A DNA stretch of 48,092 bases from Spirochaetota bacterium. Its GTDB lineage: Bacteria > Spirochaetota > UBA4802 > UB4802. The stretch is taken from contig DAOLVF010000003.1 in NCBI GenBank assembly GCA_035420565.1, positions 1 to 48,092 on the forward strand, written 5' to 3'. Below are positions 27,413 through 35,790 of the stretch, one piece after another. Every line of letters starts with the position of its first letter. Position 1 is the stretch's first letter. Both the position numbers and the translations under genes were made by a program. Under the pieces are notes generated by a model. It was given only the letters and a program-made list of their open reading frames with translations. It was not told the origin of the DNA and made no database searches.

Positions 27413-27576
27413 ACAAAGCATCTCCGTGTTGTAAGGTTTGTTTATTAATACGCCGGACTGTTAAAAAATTAAAAGAATGGGGGAATTTTTTTGTTTTTTT
27501 ATAAAAATTTTTTAAAATATGCCAATGCATCAATTAATTGCTTGACCAACTAAATTTAAATGGAAAAGTATTTGCC

Positions 27577-28209
27577 ATGGTAAAGCTTGATAATCCTTAT
27601 TCACAGTATCGCCCCACATGGAAAGTTTTTATTCCAATGCTTGTGATGTACCCGTTATTGAAAGTAGCAATACAGTATGCGTATTTTTCTTTTTTATATC
27701 AGTATAGCATTGTGCTTTTATTGTTAATTGTCATTGCACAATATTGTGATAAAGGACTTTTTACAAAAGAGCGGATTTTTGCCTTTGACCTTCCTTTTGA
27801 ACGAAAGATATTTTACCTCATGGTCATGGTAATTATCCTGATCCCTATCCGTAATATAGCCATACAATTTACACAAAACTCTCAAACGTTACACTTTTAT
27901 CAGGGGCAGATGTCATCGCTTGAGTCAATGCTTGTCATGTTAGCTATTATTGCACCATGTGAAGAGCTTTTTTTCAGGGGATTTGTACAATACAACCTTA
28001 CCTTTTATTTTGGGAAATATGGGGCGATAGTTATCGGCGCATTATTCTATAGTTTGGTAGGGATAGCCGCACATTCACTGTACCTTGCAGTCATCTTCTT
28101 CCTCATTGGTATAACAATAGGATATATCTACAGCACGGTAAAATCACTGCTGCAATCGATAGTTCTTCATGTCATAACCATTATTTTTATGTATATCTAT
28201 CCTTTTTAA
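27577..28209 (+). CDS. CPBP-family intramembrane glutamic endopeptidase (CAAX protease/Abi)
   Basis: The protein is multi-TM and carries the motif-1 sequence EELFFRGFV and a distal His motif (SIVLHVITI). The ORF-track start at 27538 is a TTG, so I used the ATG at 27577. Confidence 0.75.
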   Translation: MVKLDNPYSQYRPTWKVFIPMLVMYPLLKVAIQYAYFSFLYQYSIVLLLLIVIAQYCDKGLFTKERIFAFDLPFERKIFYLMVMVIILIPIRNIAIQFTQNSQTLHFYQGQMSSLESMLVMLAIIAPCEELFFRGFVQYNLTFYFGKYGAIVIGALFYSLVGIAAHSLYLAVIFFLIGITIGYIYSTVKSLLQSIVLHVITIIFMYIYPF

Positions 28210-28352
28210 TTATCTATCTTTAAGCGTTCCTTCCATACACCGTCCCAGTTATTGTTAACATCACCCGGTGCTTCATTTTTACCAATCTTTGATATAATCA
28301 ATAACACTATAATCGATGAAATAACCATTATAGTGACAAATATTGAATGCAT
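28206..28352 (-). CDS. Small (48-aa) single-TM protein, unannotated in the ORF track
   Basis: An AAGGAG RBS 8 nt upstream of the ATG at 28352 gives MHSIFVTIMVISSIIVLLIISKIGKNEAPGDVNNNWDGVWKERLKIDN*. Its stop codon overlaps the CPBP stop codon on the opposite strand. Confidence 0.35.
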   Translation of the reverse strand: MHSIFVTIMVISSIIVLLIISKIGKNEAPGDVNNNWDGVWKERLKIDN

Positions 28353-28478
28353 AGCAACACTCCTTTTTAGGCAATAGCTGTAAGTAGTATCAATAGTAGA
28401 AGGATATCGTTAAAAATAAGGTTTTTCGTCAAGCTTTTTATAAAATTTTTGTTATAGTAGCACCGTTGTTGTGTTATA

Positions 28479-29231
28479 CTACACAATCGCCATTCTGTCA
28501 GTGGTAACCGCTATCCTTTTCTGGTAGATAGTACTTTTTAATGGTTCGACATTTGAAAAAGCTCTATACAGATCCAATTCAAATTCTAGTCCTACCATAA
28601 TTGATGTAGCTATATTGTGTGTTTTTGCGCAATCAAAGACTAAATGGCGTGTATTTATTCTATCTGGCTGAATAGCCTTCTGAACCAGTTCGGCATTGTG
28701 TGGATTAATCTGACCGCCAACAGAGGTTACCTTCCCGGCTATCTTTGAACATTGAACAATATGTGCTGTTGCATTGATAACATCATTGTCATCAACTGCC
28801 TTCTTCATTGATTGTGAAAGATCACTTCTCCCAACAGTGACCTGGTTAACATAAAGAAAGTATGGATTACTATAGATTGCTGGCAGATTGTTATATGCAG
28901 TGATAGTTTCCACATTTATTGCTAAGTATGGTAAAGTATTATTACTATAAATATCCATCATGGCCGAAACAAAATTTTCAAGTGAATATTCTGATTCAAC
29001 CATTGGTGCTAAAATTCCATCAATACCAATTGATTGACAGTAGCGGATATCATTCCGTGCCTCAGGTCCTCCTATTTTGACTATAACCGGTATATTGATA
29101 GCAATCTCCTTCATAAACAACAGTTCATTATGTGTCATGTCTTCTACTTCTGTACCACCTTTCAATGCTACAAGCCCATGAATATGTATTAATTCATCCA
29201 GTTTTGTTTCTAATGTTTCAATGAGTTTCAT
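28479..29231 (-). CDS. HpcH/HpaI aldolase / citrate-lyase-beta-like (PEP/pyruvate-binding TIM barrel) family protein
   Basis: The 250-aa ORF has an AAGGAG RBS. The motifs VIVKIGGPEARNDIRYCQSIGIDGILAPMVES and LAINVETITAY...VGRSDLSQSM fit the family pattern (R.n...d...al..G.dgi..PmvE..., iEt..., G..DLs). Confidence 0.5.
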   Translation of the reverse strand: MKLIETLETKLDELIHIHGLVALKGGTEVEDMTHNELLFMKEIAINIPVIVKIGGPEARNDIRYCQSIGIDGILAPMVESEYSLENFVSAMMDIYSNNTLPYLAINVETITAYNNLPAIYSNPYFLYVNQVTVGRSDLSQSMKKAVDDNDVINATAHIVQCSKIAGKVTSVGGQINPHNAELVQKAIQPDRINTRHLVFDCAKTHNIATSIMVGLEFELDLYRAFSNVEPLKSTIYQKRIAVTTDRMAIV

Positions 29232-29362
29232 AATTTCATTCTCCTTTCATAAGCAAGATGAAGGCAACTTACTATCCAATCATACTATCGGCACGGTTTC
29301 TTTTTTCATGTATCATTTTCACCGGTATGAGCATTATTTATGAACAAATATATAAAACATCC

Positions 29363-29412
29363 TTGACATCGATTGATGCTTTTAATATATTATCATCAGA
29401 CCATATGATGAT
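29363..29412 (+). promoter_or_regulatory. uxuA promoter plus candidate GntR-type operator
   Basis: TTGACA (29363-29368), a 17-nt spacer and TATATT (29386-29391) are immediately followed by ATCATCAGACCAT (29392-29404). This 13-mer is part of the inverted repeat ATCATCA-N7-TGATGAT (29392-29412). The same 13-mer follows the -10 box of the regulator gene at 39405-39417. Confidence 0.5.
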
Positions 29413-29448
29413 TAGTTGTACAATTCATTTATGCAAGGAGAATCGTAT

Positions 29449-30432
29449 ATGATAAAAATTGCTGAATTATTACCCCCTCACCCATCAGCACTGTGGCGTA
29501 TGGTTAAACAATGTGGCATTGAGCACGTTGTAGGTGGCATGCAACTTTATGCGGGCTGGGAAACAATGCCCCAGGATTTCTGGCCATGGAGCTATAACTC
29601 GTTAGTCCACATAAAAACCACCTATGAAGATGCTGGTTTTAAGCTTGAAGTCATTGAGTCGCGCCCACCAATGGATGCTATAAAATTAGGATTGCCCGAA
29701 AGGGACAGGGAGATTGAGAATGTCATCATGCTTATAAAAAATATGGGTGCACTGGGAATTCCGGTGTGGTGTTACGAATGGATGCCTGTTTTTGGCTGGA
29801 CACGTACTTCCACCACAACCCCTATACGCGGCGGCGCGCTGGCTACTTCATACAATCACGAATATATGGAGCATGCACCGCTAACGGAATATGGCATTAT
29901 CACCGAAGAGCAGTTATGGAAAAATTTAGAATATTTTTTAAAGGCGGTCATCCCTGAAGCTGAAAAAGCGCATGTTAAACTTGCCATGCATCCTGATGAT
30001 CCCCCTGTTTCGCCCATTAGGGGCGTTGCCCGCATTATGCGCTCTATTGATAATTTTCAAAAGCTTCTTGACCTTTATCCAAGCCCGGTCAATGGTATTG
30101 CACTGTGTCAGGGAAATTTTGCTCTCATGACCGACAACCTTCCTCAAGTTATACATCACTTTGGCAAACAGGGTAAGATATTCTTTGTGCACTTCAGAAA
30201 TGTGAAAGGTACTCCCTATAAATTTACCGAAACCTTTCATGATGATGGCATGCTCGATATGTACCAATGCATGAAAGCATACCATGATACAGGCTTTGAC
30301 GGTGTCATGCGCCCTGACCATGTCCCCACCATGGAAGGAGATAGCAACGAAAATCCAGCATATTCATCCATAGGGAGGCTTTTTGCTATTGGGTACATGA
30401 AAGGACTTCTGGAAGCTGTCAGCAAGGCATAA
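29449..30432 (+). CDS. uxuA: Mannonate dehydratase
   Basis: I re-started the ORF at the ATG at 29449 (AAGGAG 8 nt upstream). Motifs shared with E. coli UxuA are WCYEWMPVFGWTRT, KLAMHPDDPP..IRG..RI, FVHFRNV, and MRPDH...NPAYSSIGRL. Confidence 0.88.
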   Translation: MIKIAELLPPHPSALWRMVKQCGIEHVVGGMQLYAGWETMPQDFWPWSYNSLVHIKTTYEDAGFKLEVIESRPPMDAIKLGLPERDREIENVIMLIKNMGALGIPVWCYEWMPVFGWTRTSTTTPIRGGALATSYNHEYMEHAPLTEYGIITEEQLWKNLEYFLKAVIPEAEKAHVKLAMHPDDPPVSPIRGVARIMRSIDNFQKLLDLYPSPVNGIALCQGNFALMTDNLPQVIHHFGKQGKIFFVHFRNVKGTPYKFTETFHDDGMLDMYQCMKAYHDTGFDGVMRPDHVPTMEGDSNENPAYSSIGRLFAIGYMKGLLEAVSKA

Positions 30433-30435
30433 TGT

Positions 30436-30816
30436 TTATGCTTTTCTTTTGGCTGTGTAGTCTTTGATATTGAGGATTACTGAAAAGCATAAACAAATAA
30501 TAAAAACACCGGCTACGGTGATATCAGTTATGTGCGCATCGGGAGTATAGCCTGTTATTTCATGGAGTAAAAACTGTATATATGAATTATATACAATAGG
30601 TTTTCTCAGTGCATTCCGTACCTGCCAGTGCCAGTCGGTACAAAAGCAATAGCCCCAGCCATACCATATACCCAGTACACACCATGAAAAAGCGGTTAGA
30701 AGCATCGTCACAAGGTGTATCTTCCGTGTCCTTGCAAAAATCCACCCTGTCATGTTGAAGAGTGTAAACAGGGTATGGAAAAGTAAAAAAAATATATCAA
30801 GTACCTGAAGCATCAT
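30436..30816 (-). CDS. DUF2784-family small membrane protein
   Basis: The 126-aa ORF has 3-4 TM helices and the conserved WGYCFCTDWHWQVR segment (C..T.WE..LR-like). Confidence 0.65.
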   Translation of the reverse strand: MMLQVLDIFFLLFHTLFTLFNMTGWIFARTRKIHLVTMLLTAFSWCVLGIWYGWGYCFCTDWHWQVRNALRKPIVYNSYIQFLLHEITGYTPDAHITDITVAGVFIICLCFSVILNIKDYTAKRKA

Positions 30817-30894
30817 AGTGCATAACCATGTATATCATCCCATCATGGTAAATAGAGTGCGGATTGGCAATGTAATAGCACATTGTCTCATTAT

Positions 30895-31923
30895 CTATCG
30901 CAGCAATCGGCTGCTTTTATTCTGTATGATTGCGTCCATATCTGCTTTACCAACAATAAAATTATCACCATGAACACTATGCGCCAGGGCACACAAGGCA
31001 AGGGCAGTATCAACTGCTGTTTCAAGCGATTGCTGTTGTATCAATGAATAGATAAACCCTGCAGCGAGAGCATCACCTGCACCAATACGGTCAACGATAT
31101 GTGGTACCTCCAATGTTTTCATCGCCACCTCATGGTTACGTGTTGCTGCTGCTGCGCCCACCCTTACTTCAGATGCCGAAGTACCTTCGCGATAGGTTAT
31201 CACAATCGCAGAAAGATTTGCATACGTATTAAAGAGTGCCTGTATGGTGCTATGGATATCGTGTTTTTTCTCAGAATTGGGCAACAAAAAAAGTGCAAGA
31301 TGCTCTTCATTCCCTATCAACACATGAATAGAGGGCATCAGCCGTAAAAATGCATCCCTGGCATCATCAACACTTTTCCATAATGTCTGGCGATAGTTAA
31401 TATCAAATGAAACAACCCCCTTTTTTTCATTGACAATACTTGCTGCTTTAATGCTTTCGTCACAGATAGTATTTGAAAGCGCCAGGGTTATACCTGTTGT
31501 ATGAAACCATGCATTGCTTGGGATTATGGCGTTCCAATTAATGTCTTCATGCTGTAATTGTGCAAATGCACTGTTGTTTCTGTCATAGATAAGCCGTGAA
31601 GCCCTGAGTCCGGCACCCTGTTCATAAAAATACAACCCCATGCGCGTATCCTGTTTCATCACAATGTTGTCAGTAATGACGCCAAACCCCTGTAAATAAC
31701 GCTTTGCAGCATCACCCAGAACGGTATCAGGCAGAGCAGAAACAATCCTGCATGGTATTCCCACCTGTGAAAGTGTCACCGCACAGTTTGCCTCTGCTCC
31801 TCCAAAGTACGCTTCAAACATATTTGTCTGAAAAAGCCTGCTGTAGCCTGGAGGTGATAATCGCAGCAGTATCTCACCCCAGGCAATAAATTGACTTGTG
31901 ATAGTATGCTCTTTTCCCATCAT
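30895..31923 (-). CDS. kdgK: 2-dehydro-3-deoxygluconokinase (PfkB family)
   Basis: The 342-aa ORF carries GEILLRLSPP, FGGAEANCAVTLSQVG, YDRNNSAF and the PfkB signature DRIGAGDALAAGFIY. Confidence 0.8.
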   Translation of the reverse strand: MMGKEHTITSQFIAWGEILLRLSPPGYSRLFQTNMFEAYFGGAEANCAVTLSQVGIPCRIVSALPDTVLGDAAKRYLQGFGVITDNIVMKQDTRMGLYFYEQGAGLRASRLIYDRNNSAFAQLQHEDINWNAIIPSNAWFHTTGITLALSNTICDESIKAASIVNEKKGVVSFDINYRQTLWKSVDDARDAFLRLMPSIHVLIGNEEHLALFLLPNSEKKHDIHSTIQALFNTYANLSAIVITYREGTSASEVRVGAAAATRNHEVAMKTLEVPHIVDRIGAGDALAAGFIYSLIQQQSLETAVDTALALCALAHSVHGDNFIVGKADMDAIIQNKSSRLLR

Positions 31924-31996
31924 CCAGCACCATCATCAGTAACTATCGCCCACAACAATTTTTTGCCCTATCATCCATGGGTAATAGTGTACATGG

Positions 31997-33313
31997 TTAC
32001 ATTGAAAAATCTACCTTCATTATCACCGCATAGAAAAATAGTACAATAAAAAAAACAAAAAATAGCACCGACAGCACCCCTGTTATGGTAAGCAGCTTTC
32101 CCGGGCGGTATATAGCTTCCAGATGCTTATGGCAGATATAGATACCAAGCCCTATGATTAACGGTAAAAATATAGTATCAATCACCGCTGAGATTTGTAA
32201 AAGAATAACCGGCGCCGGAAATAATACCGAGAAAAGAGCTGTTAACAGTACATATATGATTACAAACAGACGGTAATAGTGTAACTTTGTATCATCCTTT
32301 TTACGACGCTGATACCATACGGAATTTGAAGCAACACGGCATAGCCCATCAATGTTTGCAAGCAGGGTGCTGAACAGCGTACCAAAAATCCCCACTAAAA
32401 AGATTATCTCCCCTATGCGTCCAAAGTTTTCGCCGGCAATCTGTGATATCTGAAGAGCAAGCTTTTCACCCTGCGGCACCATTCCTTTGGGATGTAATAT
32501 CAACACACCCGCAATTAAAAACATCACGGTTAACAGCGCAGTGATAATGGTGTTGATAGTTAAATCTATCTGATTAATTTTTATCCATTTTTTGATCCTG
32601 CTTTTATCTTCATCACTGTCTATCGTCCTATTGCCCTTTCCCCTTGTGCTTCCTTCAACCCATAGCGAATACCACACAACACCAATGGCACCGGCACCCG
32701 ACCATCCTAAAAGCGGTACAAGCTCACGCAGGGTGTTAAATGGAGCTCGGGGGATTAACCCGTCTGCCATTTCTTTCAGATCGGGCGATGTTTTTGCCAG
32801 AGCATATATCAAAAACAAAACCATTATCAACACTAAAATTCTTGATGCATTTTCCAGGGTAGTGTAGCTTCCCACATACAATACTATGCCAACAATAACG
32901 ATTGAGCAAACTGTAGCTACCTCCATGGAAATAGCAGGGAATATACCATAAATACAGCTTCCCACGGACAGCGCAATCCCCGCCATACCCGAAACGCTTG
33001 CAATAAACACTATCCAGAATAATACAATGATCCATCCTGTTTTTAATTTAAAAAGTTTAAAATCTAATTCTACCCGGGTAAACGCAATAAGCACATTTTC
33101 ACCGGTTGCGATGGTATACCGTCCAGCCATTTCAAATATGGCATATTTCATAATCAAAGAAACAATAGGTGCCCACAGCAATAAATACCCAAAAAGTGCC
33201 CCTGCACGAGTGGCAAAAACAAGCTCAGACACCCCGATGGCGCTTGCCGACCATACAAGCCCCGGACCTAAAACCTTTAGTAATTGTTTCCCTTTTGGTG
33301 GATTCTCTATCAT
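31997..33313 (-). CDS. NRAMP-family (divalent-metal/solute) transporter
   Basis: The 438-aa ORF has about 11 TM helices and the N-terminal motif LKVLGPGLVWSASAIGVSELVFATRAGALFGY. Confidence 0.65.
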   Translation of the reverse strand: MIENPPKGKQLLKVLGPGLVWSASAIGVSELVFATRAGALFGYLLLWAPIVSLIMKYAIFEMAGRYTIATGENVLIAFTRVELDFKLFKLKTGWIIVLFWIVFIASVSGMAGIALSVGSCIYGIFPAISMEVATVCSIVIVGIVLYVGSYTTLENASRILVLIMVLFLIYALAKTSPDLKEMADGLIPRAPFNTLRELVPLLGWSGAGAIGVVWYSLWVEGSTRGKGNRTIDSDEDKSRIKKWIKINQIDLTINTIITALLTVMFLIAGVLILHPKGMVPQGEKLALQISQIAGENFGRIGEIIFLVGIFGTLFSTLLANIDGLCRVASNSVWYQRRKKDDTKLHYYRLFVIIYVLLTALFSVLFPAPVILLQISAVIDTIFLPLIIGLGIYICHKHLEAIYRPGKLLTITGVLSVLFFVFFIVLFFYAVIMKVDFSM

Positions 33314-33376
33314 GGTAGTATCCCCCCTTATAACGTTTTTTAAAGACGCAGAGAGTATAGTGTTCCCTGCCTTTGC

Positions 33377-34084
33377 CTATACCGTAACCGCTATTCCTTT
33401 TCCATGGGGCAATATAACTTTTTGCGCTTCCACATCCCATTGTTGCAACGTTTCATCAACAAGATGCTTACCCTTAACCTGATAATGGATGGGGATCACA
33501 ATGGTTGGCTTGCATTCCCTCACAAACTGCGCTGCCTGCTGAAGGTCCATCCCATCTTTGCCAATGATAGGATAGGTAGAGCATGCCACCTGCACCATGG
33601 CGATAGTTATTGTATAGGGGGTCAGAGCCTTTTTTAACTCTTCCGTGTACAGGGTATCCCCTGAAAAATACAGCACCATGCTATCCTTTTTGATAATGAA
33701 TCCAACGGCATCCTTTGCCATAGGGTGAAAGGCTGGAACAGCAATGACGGTAAATCCTTCACACTCAACAGACTGCCCTGGTGTCATAGCCTTTACCTTT
33801 GTTGCGTTATGTTTTACAGCCCTTTTGACTGCACTCGTTGAACCTATGATTGGTATATTTCGTTTAACTGCAACATCGATAGCACGCTTACACCAGTGGT
33901 CAACATGGTTGTGCGAAACCAGCATATAATGAACAGGCATTATTGATTCGGGATCAACGGTTAAGGGAACTGCCCGTAAAAATTCAAAGGAACCCCACCA
34001 TGGATCGGTCATAACCACGATGCCATCAAGGTTAATACATACCGTTGCCTGCCCAATAAGGGTAAATTCAATCTTCATACCCAC
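33377..34084 (-). CDS. MBL-fold metallo-hydrolase
   Basis: The 235-aa ORF carries the H.H.DH motif (SHNHVDHW). It overlaps the upstream gene by 10 nt. Confidence 0.75.
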   Translation of the reverse strand: MGMKIEFTLIGQATVCINLDGIVVMTDPWWGSFEFLRAVPLTVDPESIMPVHYMLVSHNHVDHWCKRAIDVAVKRNIPIIGSTSAVKRAVKHNATKVKAMTPGQSVECEGFTVIAVPAFHPMAKDAVGFIIKKDSMVLYFSGDTLYTEELKKALTPYTITIAMVQVACSTYPIIGKDGMDLQQAAQFVRECKPTIVIPIHYQVKGKHLVDETLQQWDVEAQKVILPHGKGIAVTV

Positions 34085-35055
34085 CCCCGCATGTTAATAT
34101 GGTACTCATACGCGTCGATGGTACTTTCAATATCACTTTTTTCGGGCTGCCAGCCTAATAATTTTTTTGCACGTGTATTATCAAAGACATAGTCGCGTAA
34201 TGCTATTTCTAGATGTTGCGGTTCAATGGGCGATAGTTTTATGGCAGATAATCCCTTTACAATAGTACGGGCAATCCATGCAGGAACTGAAATTATTTTT
34301 GGCTTTTTGCCGGCATGTTTAAAGAGCGCCTCTACAAGCTGTCGCGTTGTTGGCACATTATCACTGGAAACATTTGCAATGATTATACCTTTTTTTATTT
34401 TTTCAAGACACAAATAAATTGCATTTGCAACATCGCGTACATCCACCATCTGTAATTTTGTTTTACCACCACCTGGCAGTATAACCGGACTTCCTTTGTA
34501 CACCGCTTCCATCTGGGCAACTAAAAATGGCTCATTCTGCCCGGGACCGTTGATCGTTGGTGGGCGCACTATTGAAACACCATATCCTTTCTCTGCCAGC
34601 TGCGTGCACATACGCTCCCCCTCAACCTTGTGCCTGCCGTAAGGGCATACAGGCTGTAACGGAACATCTTCACTGCAGGGGACCGGGACATCAATGCCAT
34701 ACACCTCTACCGATGAGATAAAGACAAGTTGCGGAATTTTTAATTCTTTGCATACCTCTACAACATTTTTTGTTCCCGTAACATTAATGGCAAACATGTC
34801 CTTTTCATCGCGCACAAACTGCGCTAAAGCCGCCGCACAATGGACAATAGCCTGTACACCCTTGCATGCCTTGTGCACAGTATCTTTCTGTACAATATCA
34901 CCCCTAATAAAGGTAAACTTTTTATTGGAAATAACTGATGGTTCATTCATGTCTTTCAGGTCTATCCCTGTTACAGCAAAGTTTTTCTCTAACAGGGTTT
35001 TTACAACCTGTCGTCCTAAATAGCCCGAACATCCTGTTACGCATATCGCACTCAT
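34075..35055 (-). CDS. NAD-dependent epimerase/dehydratase (extended SDR)
   Basis: The 326-aa ORF has the Rossmann motif VTGCSGYLGRQVV and the catalytic Y...K (PYGRHK). Confidence 0.85.
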   Translation of the reverse strand: MSAICVTGCSGYLGRQVVKTLLEKNFAVTGIDLKDMNEPSVISNKKFTFIRGDIVQKDTVHKACKGVQAIVHCAAALAQFVRDEKDMFAINVTGTKNVVEVCKELKIPQLVFISSVEVYGIDVPVPCSEDVPLQPVCPYGRHKVEGERMCTQLAEKGYGVSIVRPPTINGPGQNEPFLVAQMEAVYKGSPVILPGGGKTKLQMVDVRDVANAIYLCLEKIKKGIIIANVSSDNVPTTRQLVEALFKHAGKKPKIISVPAWIARTIVKGLSAIKLSPIEPQHLEIALRDYVFDNTRAKKLLGWQPEKSDIESTIDAYEYHINMRGWV

Positions 35056-35072
35056 GGCTCCCTCCAGATAAT

Positions 35073-35777
35073 TTATAGTTTACCGTATTTTTTATATATC
35101 TCCACCAGAGATTTTCCCCCTCGTATCTCTTCTCGTGAACGCCGTTCTGCTGTTACAACCTCTTCTGCCTTTTCCACCACCTCTTTCAAATCAACATCGT
35201 TAATGGGGATTACCACCACGCCGTCACAATCAGCAAATATAATATCACCCGGATTAACCCTGACACCACCACACCAGATGGGGCCTCCAATACCTACAAG
35301 GTCAACCCTCCCAACAGAATCAGTAGGTATATTGCCACGTGCCCATACTGGAAATTCTACCTCTATAACCCTGTTAATATCACGGATGGGACCATCCACC
35401 ACCGCTCCTTTCACACCACCATAATACTTGCAGGTTGTTGACATAAGCTCACCCCATGCACCTGCTTCATAAAACTCGTTAACATTGACCACTGCCACCT
35501 GACCTTTTTGCATGCTTCCAAAAAGATCTTCCAGAACCTTGGCTACAAACTCAGGGTCATACTCATTGAGGCGGGTGCTTTTGCGGGTTTTTGCTTCTTC
35601 CATGGTGAAAGCAGGACCGGCAATAGCAGCCCCTGGCATGATAGGAGTAAATCCTGAGCACATCGCCTGATGCATAAATCCCATCTCATCAAGCGTATCA
35701 CATACTGCAGGCGTATAGGTTTTCTCCAACCTTTTACACAGTTCAATTATTTGTTCATGGGTATACGCTGGTGCCAT
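35073..35777 (-). CDS. RraA-family protein (4-hydroxy-4-methyl-2-oxoglutarate aldolase/oxaloacetate decarboxylase-type)
   Basis: I re-started the ORF at the ATG at 35777 (AAGGAGG RBS). This removes the overlap with the upstream gene. The motif is AGAWGELMSTTCKYYGGVKGAVVDGPIRD. Confidence 0.8.
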   Translation of the reverse strand: MAPAYTHEQIIELCKRLEKTYTPAVCDTLDEMGFMHQAMCSGFTPIMPGAAIAGPAFTMEEAKTRKSTRLNEYDPEFVAKVLEDLFGSMQKGQVAVVNVNEFYEAGAWGELMSTTCKYYGGVKGAVVDGPIRDINRVIEVEFPVWARGNIPTDSVGRVDLVGIGGPIWCGGVRVNPGDIIFADCDGVVVIPINDVDLKEVVEKAEEVVTAERRSREEIRGGKSLVEIYKKYGKL

Positions 35778-35790
35778 ATAAAGCCTCCTT

